A DNA stretch of 64,000 nucleotides. Origin: the human T2T-CHM13v2.0 reference genome, Homo sapiens. Both the position numbers and the translations under genes were made by a program. Numbering within the stretch: position 1 is the first letter of the stretch; every line of letters begins with the position of its first letter. Below the pieces are notes generated by a model. It was given only the letters and a program-made list of their open reading frames with translations. It was not told where the DNA came from and ran no database searches. The stretch lies in the NCBI RefSeq assembly GCF_009914755.1, contig NC_060928.1. One strand, given 5' to 3'. This document shows positions 54,340 to 64,000 of this stretch, piece by piece.

Positions 54340-54477
54340 CTGTAGCGAGGAGGGAGGGAGGCAGCCGCTGAGCGCAGCGTTACTATCCCACCAGTAACTT
54401 GGGCATTGCCGGGGCGGGGGCCGGAGGAGGAGGAGAGGATGATTTTTGGATCCTGAGAATTGATCTATGTTGGATCA
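54340..54477 (+). other. Putative alternative first exon
   Basis: Downstream of the YY1/CRE/CCAAT cluster; ends at TCA|GTAAGT (54478-54483); start approximate. Confidence 0.5.
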
Positions 54478-57400
54478 GTAAGTTTTATTATGATTTTTTT
54501 TTTCAAATTTGGGGGGCTGAAGACTTAGAGCTATTTCTTCTTTTGGATTTGCGAAGAACATGCGGTTTTCAGGTGAATCATCAATTAAACGCGTTTAGGA
54601 GCAGAAGCCCAGTTTAAGTTGGCTTTAGTTTATAGGTTTTTTTTTTTTTTTTTTTTTTTTAGAAAGCCAAAGTGCATTAGGCTGCATGAAAGTGGAAAGC
54701 ATAGTAGCAACTTGGTAGACAGATGGCAATGGCAGAACGCAGGTTCGCGTACATATATGAATCCAGAGTGTGTGAGACCGTGTGTGTGGTGGGACTGTAT
54801 TTGTCCAAACATAGGTGTGCGTAGGTACATCTGTGTGTGGTGGCCGCAGCCCTGGCTCTTGTCACCGCGTCACCACATGTCCAAAATATTCATTGCATCA
54901 ATTCAAGGGCAGTGAGAGGGGGGTGGGGGTGGGGGTGGAGGGACAGTTTGGCAATTAGATTCTTCCGAACTGGGCTTCCAGTGATCAGATCTTTTACTTA
55001 CAGCGCGACTGCTTGTAAAGTGTAAAACCCCTTAATCGATGAAATGGGGTAGGAGTTGGCGTTGGTAGAGCAAAGTACCGATTAATCGTGAACTTAAAGG
55101 GGATTGCAAATTGCAACCTTTGGCACCATGTGCAAATTGTGGGGGTGGGGTCTCTTGGTCTCCTTGCTTCCTTAAATGAACGTGTAGTGTGTACCCCGGG
55201 ACTGCAAGTTGCAGAGCCCTTCAGTGCACGTGTCTTGTGCCTGTGAGTCTGTGTTTGCGAGTTGGGGGCTGTTGTTCGGTAGCCAGCAGGCTTTCCGGGT
55301 TGCTCGGCATTGGCTTGCAAATGCGGGAGAGGGATGGAATGTGGAATGTTGACCGGGGAACCGAATCCTGTCGGAACGGTCCCATTTGCTGGAGAAATTC
55401 GATCCCTTCCACCTCCTTCCCGCTCCCCCCCGCCCGCCTTCGGGCAGGAGGCGGGGCTGAGGACGCGGCTGCTGCTCAAAGTGGCGGAGCGCGGCGGCGG
55501 GAGGCAGGTGCACGGCACCCGCCAGTGGGGGTGCCTCAACTTCCGCGGGCGTTTAAATAGCAGCCTCTCTCCCCTCCCACCGGTAATAGGTGACCTGGCG
55601 GCCGAGGGCGGCGGGGGAGGGAACCGGGGGAGACTCGGGAGCGAGCCTCCGCGGCACGTGGGCAGGTGCTGGGTGGCCCCGGGGCCAACTTTTGTAGCCC
55701 GCCTCTGGTGTTTGAGGAGAGGCGGCCCAGTGTGGAAATGGGGGCGGGCGGCGGCCGAGGCGCTGCTTCTCCGCTGCGGCCGGAGCGTCACCTAACGGTC
55801 CCAGCTGCGCCGCCCGGGCCGGGGTGGGGGTGTTGCGGGGGCGGGGACGCCCGGCCCGCCGCGCCCGCCCCGCACAAAGCCCGCGGCGCGGGGGTGGCCG
55901 CTGCGCCCCCGCCCCGGGAACGGCCCGAAGCCCGACGCGGTCCCCGCGCCGGTTCCGGCGGGCGGCCGCAGGCGTTTGTTTGTTGGTTCCGCGCCGCCTT
56001 CCTCGCCGGATGGCTTCCTGTGACAGAGGTGATACACAGTTTCCAGAACTGTCTGGGGGCGGGAGCGGGAGCGGGAGCCGAGCCCGCTCGGAGCTCCTCG
56101 CCGCCGCTGCCGCTCCCATCTTAAAACCGTTTCTCGCCGGCGCGCCCGCCCCAGCCTGAAGGTGCCGCCCCGGAGGGACTCGGGGAGGGGGACGGCGCGG
56201 CCGTTTCCAGCGGCGCAAGTGGCTTCTGGACGCGAGGGAGCGTTTGATTTGCAACTGGGGCCGAGCGGATTGGTGCAGCTGGCGGCGGCGGGGCGGGAGG
56301 AGCTGCCGCGGCGGGGGGTGGCCACTTTCAAATGGAGAGGGCGGCGGCGGCGGGGACGCCGCTGCGGAGGGAGCGGGGCTTGGTTGCGCCACGAGAAGGT
56401 GTCATCACTGCACCGGGGCTAATTCCGGCGGAGGTGCCGGGAGTTACTTTCCCCTCCTCCCGCGCTGTTGTTTCTGTCGCCTCGGGAGGAGGAGGAGGAG
56501 GAGGATTGGGAGAGAGGGAGGGGTCGGCGCCGCGCGGAACCGCGGCCCTGCGCATTCCCCGGCGGGCGGCGGGAGCCGCGCGGAGCGTTCGCCGCTGCGG
56601 GGCGGCGGCCGAGCTCCCCCACAACCCCGGGGTGCCCCCCTTGCTGGGATCCTTAGCCTTCTCACGTCCCCTCTCACTCCGCCACCCTCCCACTAGAGCT
56701 CCTTATTCTCGAGTCCTCAACCCCGGCTTGGCGCGTCCCGGGTCTCCCCTCGCCCCAGGATTCCTCCCGCGCCAGGCTCCGCTGGCCCCAGGTTTCCCAC
56801 CCCAAGCGGGTGGGGGCGGCCGCAGTCCCGGCGCCGGTGAATGCTGAGAGCAAACAAAAAAGCGGGCGATTTAAACATGCCTTCGAAACCCGTTAGGAAT
56901 GCGTCGTCATCCGGAGACCGTTTAAAAGGAGCTTTAGCTTGCCTTCTAGTAACGAGAGGGCTGGCGCCCTGCCTTACTTCGGCAGGGGCGAGGGGCTGTC
57001 GCCCTCTATTTGCCCCGGCCAAGAGGGAATTTAAATTTTCTTTTGTAAAATGACAGCTGCAGTGAATGACCTGAGACAGCTACGTTTTTAGGAAAGTAGG
57101 AGAGGATCTGAGGTTTCCATTAATGGGAATGCTTAGGGGGTTCTTTCCCAAAGGTTTTTTATTAGGTGAACTATTTTTCCTTTTTATAATACCCGCCATG
57201 AAGGCTAGCTCTCTTGCTACTTGTAGCTCAAGGCTAATACCTTTCAAAGCTAATGAACTAGTTTTAAGATAGAGGGAAATTATTTCCCTGAAAGCTGATT
57301 TAGGTAGTGACTCCCCAGTGGTTACAGATTTTATAGTAAGTTGCATTTTGATCATATCACAACTGATCAAGATTTAATCACAGGTGGAGAAAGGTGGAGA

Positions 57401-57594
57401 AAGGAAGCATTCAATATGTCCATACTTGCATTGAGTCAACACTTTTGATGTAATAATTTGTTGTAGGTGGGCAACATACGTGGGGGGAGTTAAATGGGAT
57501 GTTTTGTGAGTAACACTCTTAGCAAGTACATGCAACCCAGAATTTTTATTGTCCTTTTATCCCAAAGATCTTAGTCTCATTTACTTACGGTCAC

Positions 57595-57904
<310 letters not shown>

Positions 57905-58744
57905 TGCTTACGGTCACTTGTAAATCAGATGACTTTCTGCTTGGTATTTTGCTGTCTTCTTCAAAGTTTGGATACTTCTATAAGTGTCTTTTACTTGGCA
58001 TTGTCATTTTAATGTGTAGAATAAATATAATTTTAAGCTGTTTAAGTGTTAGGTTTCCTGCTATTTCCTTTGGTCCCTATTTAGCAGAGATAATGGGAGT
58101 GTCTGAAAGTAAGGTAGAACTTGAACTTGATTCCACCTTTAAGAGTACAGACTGCTTACTAGTAAAAGTTGGGTTGGCTGCACATATATTTTAGCTTTAA
58201 CAAAGGTAGATATGTGTTCATTTAAAAGAAAAAAAAAAAACCCACCTTCTTAGTTCTCCCCGCTTCACTTGACTGGTTTTCTGCCTGTAAACCAGTGCTG
58301 TGCTTATATTAGTTATCCAGGTTGAAAGAGTAGCTATACAGGGACAGCAATGAAAAGTATGTGTGTCTGGGTGAAACTAGAGGGAGAAAACCTATTGGAG
58401 TTTGAGGAAATGTGTTTTGTTGCTTAGCCTAGGGGGTTGGAGAAGAAAGATGACCTAAAAAACAAACTTGGAGGACTAGGTGAGAGTAAAAGCAGATTTC
58501 CATTGCGTCTTACGTATAGTAGGCACGTGACCGATATTAATTTTTGACTTTAGCTGTTAAAAAGTTATTACACAAGTAGTGTTACATGTACGTTTTTGAA
58601 AATTAGAAAATACAAGGAAACAAATATAAAAACAAATTGCTACCATCCATAGATGACTACTGTATTACTTTTCAGATAATTTTCTATGCATGTGCATGTG
58701 TGTTTTAATAAAAATGAGATACATGAATATACCATCTGTAAGGA

Positions 58745-59045
58745 TTTTTTCTTTTTTTTTTTTTTTTGAGATGAAGTTTTGCTCATGTTGCCCAGGCTGG
58801 AGTGCAATGGTGGGATCTCACTGCAACCTATGCCTCCCAGGTTCAAGCGATTCTCCTGCCTCAGCCTCCTGAGTAGCTGGGATTACAGGCTCCCGCCACC
58901 ACGCCCAGCTAATTTTTTGTATTTTTAGTAGAGATGGGTTTTCACCATGTTTGTCAGGCTGGTCTTGAACTCCTGACCTCAGGTGATCCACCTGCCTCGG
59001 CCTCCCAAAGTGCTGGGATTACAGGCGTGAGCCACCGCACCCAGC
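58745..59045 (-). mobile_element. AluSp/Sq
   Basis: Reverse dimer. Confidence 0.9.
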
Positions 59046-59234
59046 TCTGAGGACCTTTTTTTTTTCTGTCAGCTAGCTTGGTTAGTTTTAATATAATCTA
59101 TTACTGTAACATGTCCAGATTTCCCCATTTAGCCCCAGACTGTAATAGAGAAGCTTTGTCTAAACCACTGCCTAATAAAGGACCATTTATTGCATTTGGT
59201 TGTTTCCCTTAAGTCGATTTTAATCTTAAGTAAC

Positions 59235-59598
59235 TTTTTTTTTTTTTTTTTGAGACGGAGGCTTGCTCTGTCACCCAGGCTGGAGTGCAGGGGTGCGATC
59301 TCGGCTCCCTGTAAGCTCCGCCTCCCTGTAAGCTCCGCCTCCCTGTAAGCTCCGCCTCCCTGTAAGCTCCGCCTCCCTGTAAGCTCCGCCTCGCGGGTTC
59401 ACGCCATTCTCCTGCCTCAGCCTCCAGAGTAGCTGGGACTACAGGCACCCGCCACCATGCCCAGCTAATTTTTTTGTATTTTTATTAAGACGGGGTTTCA
59501 CCGTGTTAGCCAGGATGGTCTCGATCTCCTGACCTCGTGATCCGCCCGCCTCAGCCTCCCAAAGTTCTGGGGTTACAGGCGTGAGCCACCGTGCCCGG
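59235..59598 (-). mobile_element. AluY carrying a minisatellite
   Basis: AluY diagnostics; TSD aatcttaagtaactttt. Confidence 0.93.
59307..59391. repeat. Perfect 5 x 17-bp minisatellite (CCCTGTAAGCTCCGCCT)
   Basis: Units start at 59307, 59324, 59341, 59358, 59375. Confidence 0.97.
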
Positions 59599-61085
59599 CA
59601 ATCTTAAGTAACTTTTTGACAGAATATCTGACACTGAGGAGGCAAGCCTTTGGAAATAAAGTTGCCTGGATTTTAAAAAAGCAGGAAATCCAAATGGTAT
59701 TTATTGTAATTTGGAAATCTTAAATTTGGAGATCATCTGCTTGCTTGATGTTACTTTCCACAGACTTGTTGGAAAAAGATTTATCAGATGTTTGTGTTTC
59801 AGTACTGAGGTGGTTGGAACAGTAAACATCAAGATATCAAATACAGATTACATCCTGTCTCTTTAGGGTTTGGTCAGAGAAGAGGAGGCATAGGAATCTG
59901 TCACAGTTCTGCTTGCTGCTTTACTTTCTTGTTTGTGAAGCTCTTCCCTGTCATTTAGTATTATGGGGCACCTGTTACAGCATTACAGTTAATGGTCTGT
60001 CAGAATTTGCATTATAAAACTGGTTTTCCTGTGAGGTTTATAAAACAGTTATAGAGGGAAATATGACATATTAGCGAACACACCTTGCTTTTTATTTGGG
60101 TTGGCATTAAGAGGTTTAGCTTGATTGTTAAAACGGTGAAAGTTACGTCACGTTTAAACTTATTTCCTCCCTTGTACAAGCCTTTAGAGAATTGGCACCA
60201 TATTCAACAATACTTTTTTTTTTTTTTTTAAACATGAAGGGTGGGTTTGCTTGGAGTTTCTGGTTTCTTAGAAGGTATCAGCAATCTTAAATTAGGAAAG
60301 TATTTTAATTCCTGAGACAGGTAAGTTGTTTCCTTAAAAGTCTTAAATCTGTTTTCTCCGTTTTCAAGTCCTTGCAGCACTTTATATGACCATGTATTTA
60401 CAATCTGGACAATTCTTTTTATGTTTGTGGAATGTAATATCTCAGAAGTTGAGATTTAGTTGAGTCTATTGAGTCTATTGTCCTTTGCCTAGTGTATTTC
60501 TCATATGAAAACTTTGGTTTGTGATCATGAGGGTGTATGCATTATTTTTATTTTTTCTTTTTTTGCAGTTCATAGCCCTGATGAAGCAAGTTACTCTGCT
60601 CTCCTAATAAATGCAAGAAAATGACCTTGGAGGGCCTTTTTAATTACACATAGAAGTGACAATTTGTAAGTTTAAGGTTGGGTGTCATGGAATAGAATGG
60701 AAGAAATTGATGCTAAAAACTTTGGCTATGATGGGGCCTTTCCTAGCCCAGGACTTGAATGATTATTAAGGATCCTTTCCTCACCTCAAAGCACAAACAT
60801 AAAGATTACCAGACTTGGACTGGAAAGCCTTTATCACTAGGAAAGGGGCCATGTATTTTTACGTTTAATCCCTTAGACCCATAGTGTACGATGTGCACAC
60901 AGTAAATGTTCAGTGACCAAATTTTGGTTACTCTAAAACGAATTCAGTATTTACTTTTTGCCTTTAGTTCTTCAGGTAGAGGTAGGACATAATGTGATAG
61001 AGAGCAGTTGAAGAAAGTTAATTTTTAAAACCTTAGATTTTTTTGGGCTTACTTGTTGAGGGAAGTAAACTACATTTTCTCTCTC

Positions 61086-61535
61086 TTTTTTTTTTTTTGA
61101 GACAAGTTCTTGCTCTGTCACCCAGGGTGGAGTGCAGTGGTGGGATCTCGGCTCACTGCAGTGGGTTCAAGTGAGTCAGCCTCCGGAGTAGCTGGGATCA
61201 CAGGCGCATGCCACCGTGTCTGGCTAATTTTTGTATTTTTAGTAGAGACGGGGTTTCACCATGTTGGCCAGGCTGGTCTCAAACTCCTGACCTCAAGTGA
61301 CCCACCTACCTCGGCCTCCCAAAGTGCTAGATTACAGGTGTGAACCACCATGACTGGCCAGTTTTCTATTACTTCGAAAGCGCTCACAATTGACATCTGT
61401 CTCTTTGTATTTTTTGTTAGAGAGATGAGGTTTCACTATGTTGCTCAGGTTGCCCAGGCTAGTCTTGAACTCCAGAGCTGAGTCCTCCCGCCCTGGCTTC
61501 CTGAGTAACTGCGATTACAAGTGTGCACCTGTGTG
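61086..61535 (-). mobile_element. AluS with deletions (61086-61359) and FLAM-like monomer (~61405-61535)
   Basis: Reverse Alu sequences. Confidence 0.82.
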
Positions 61536-62218
61536 GCTGGTGGAAGTAATATTTTAAACTATTGATCATTTAGTGTCTCCTGTGCAGGAGATTTTATTAT
61601 TTTGAGAATTCATGGCATCTTCCATGAGAGTTTATAAGGACTTACTTTAAGTGAAGATTTCAGTGGTGTGGGTCCACACTGAGGCATAAAATAATCTTTT
61701 TGTTTGTTTGTTTCCCACTTAAACCAGGGTAAGGAACAAGAAATAGCAATGTTATTAGCAAGTTGCTTGAGGTTGAACTTCATGGCTTGCTTTAATTTAG
61801 CACAAAGTACACTAAATGCAATTTAAATTTTTTATTGATTACTCTTTGTCATAATCTTTACGAGCATCAGTTACTTCCATGTGGAAATGCCATGATGCAC
61901 TTAACATATAGAGGCTGAGTGTTGGTGGTTGTAACTTTTTAAGTTGGGGACACTTGACACTGAAACCCATGGAAGCTCTCCCCCAGAAAACATGGGTGTT
62001 TCCTTAAGCACATCCTTGGATTCTAGTTTAAGTGTTTAAATTCTGGTGACTTCTTTTTATGATTTCTCTGTGATCCTTTTACTGCCACTGTTACCATGTA
62101 TTGTAGTTAAAATGCCTGTTGAGAACAGTGATTTTTCTGCTTATTGGTCATTAACTTGAAAATCAAATAAGAAGCCTGTTAGAAGTTTTTAAAACTTGTG
62201 TACACTGGCTCCAAGTAG

Positions 62219-62627
<409 letters not shown>

Positions 62628-62784
62628 TAGTTAGGGACTTCCTAAGGAGTGATTGTGTCTGATCCTTAATTTTGTAAGCTTTCGGTTGCTTGTCCAGCAC
62701 CTGGTAATTGATTCACATTGAACTAAACACGCATAATGGTGGTTTATAAACATCATACTACTGATCGGTTGATTTATAGGACAG

Positions 62785-63301
62785 ATCAGTTGCCTTTCTC
62801 TGTAAAGAGCCAGGTAGTCAATATTTTAGGTTTTGTGGGTCATATGGTCTGTCGCAACTGCTCAAGTCTGCAGTTGTGCCAGAGCAACCATGGGCAAAAT
62901 GAATGTGAAAGTGATATTTATGGATATAGAAATGTAAAATTTTTATGAACTTTGTATGTCATGAAATGTTCTTTGGCCCTCTACCCTCAACCATTTCAAT
63001 ATGTGAAAATCACTCTTAGCTCAAAAACCATACAGAAACAGGCTGTTGACCCCTGATTGGTTGATTGATTGATTTGAGACAGGGTCTCACCCTGTTGTCC
63101 AGGCTGGAGTGCAGTGGTGTAAATTCCAGGGCTCACTTGATCCTCCCATCTCAGCCTCCCCAGTAGCTGGGACTGCAGGCATCCCACACCAGGCCTGGCT
63201 AGTTTTTTGTATTTTTTGTAGAGATGGGGTTTGCTATGTTTCTTTGTTCTCGAACTCCTGAGCTCAAAGGTTCTGCCCACTTTGGCCATCACTCCCTGGC
63301 C
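62785..63301. mobile_element. MER58B-like MITE (~62785-63055) followed by reverse AluJ (63056-63301)
   Basis: ctgtaaagagccaggtagtcaatattttaggttttgtgggtcata...cttagctcaaaaaccatacagaaacagg. Confidence 0.75.
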
Positions 63302-63439
63302 TCCCCAGATTTATAGTAAGACACAGCAGCTACTTGATTGTTTCTGCTGGTGGCTGAGCTCCCTTCTAGGAACCTGAAAATGCAAGTTGAAATTAGAAGT
63401 TTGTTTGGAGGTAGTTGGCTACGCTGAGGGCTGTGGGTT

Positions 63440-63605
63440 GTTTTTGTTTCGCTCTTTTTGCCCAGGCTGGAGTGCAATGGTGGTTTTTTTTGGGGGGGCA
63501 GGCTCTCTCTGCTGCTCAGGCAGTAGTGCAGTGGCATGATCACGGCTCAGCAACCTTCTGGTCTCAGGCAGTTCTCCTGCCTTAGCTTCTGGAGTAGCTG
63601 GGATT
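63440..63605 (-). mobile_element. Fragmented Alu right-arm pieces
   Basis: Two partial gcccaggctggagtgca / gtagtgcagtggcatgatc starts joined by a T/G run. Confidence 0.7.
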
Positions 63606-64000
63606 CTGATCCTAGATCCCTTTTGAGGATAAAATGTGTAAGAACAAATACCTTGGTCATCTCTCACACCCTCCGGGGGGGTCAAGCTAAGAAGACCTGT
63701 GTAAGAGGATATGTATTATAAGATTGTGTTCCACTACAGAGGGAGATAATGTCAAGTAGGGTGTATGTGTCACAGCAATCAGAAGTTAATGCCTACCACT
63801 CCGGGAGAACTCATACTCCTGTGGTAGTGTTTAAGGAACTGCTGACACATTCTTCCAGCTTTACCTTTTGTGTGCTTCACTATGCAAAATGAATGGCATT
63901 TGTGACCATCTTGCCATGAATCTGTGTTTCAGTTTTCAAGTTAACAGACTGTTGTTCATTGATTACATTTTCAGTTTTTGCTCTCTGATAACGTATCATG

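Larger units (their letters stand above)
53670..57010. promoter_or_regulatory. Large CpG-island promoter (GC-rich lobes ~53.7-54.4 kb and ~55.4-57.0 kb)
   Basis: Very high GC and CpG density and no interspersed repeats. GC boxes (gggcgg), YY1-like aatatggcg (54310-54318) and gccatattt, CRE-like tacgtca (54301-54307), inverted CCAAT. Confidence 0.93.

Noticed and set aside
53631-57053. Long Arg/Pro/Gly/Ala-rich ORFs (up to 279 aa) on both strands of the CpG island
   Set aside because: Stop codons are scarce in GC-rich DNA; the ORFs overlap in all frames, have low complexity and show no domain.
59307-59391. CRISPR-like array
   Set aside because: Direct tandem units with no spacers, derived from AluY, in eukaryotic DNA.
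63793-63827. Imperfect hairpin ctaccac...gtggtag
   Set aside because: Too short and bulged to support a miRNA or structured-RNA call.

Overview
Primate (most likely human) genomic DNA, not microbial. About 1-53.6 kb is Alu-dense sequence with no recognisable protein-coding exon. It holds roughly 50 Alu/FLAM copies plus L1M, L2, MIR, MER5A/MER58, MLT1 and LTR relics, and a decayed U13 snoRNA retrocopy at the start. A large CpG island (about 53.7-57.0 kb) holds what look like several alternative non-coding first exons of a + strand gene. From memory the first exon resembles the JADE1 (PHF17) 5' UTR; this is unverified. The rest of the window looks like intron 1 of that gene. Nearly all supplied ORFs are Alu translations or GC-rich artefacts, so no CDS is called. 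I found no convincing new biological system. The best second-look items are: a possible Alu 3' transduction or orphan retroposed insert at 38.9-39.4 kb; a perfect 5x17-bp Alu-derived minisatellite; several nearly abutting inverted Alu pairs; an upstream ATG reading open to the exon-1 donor; and a few repeat-free blocks with exon-like or enhancer-like signatures. Repeat boundaries and subfamily calls are by eye and approximate.
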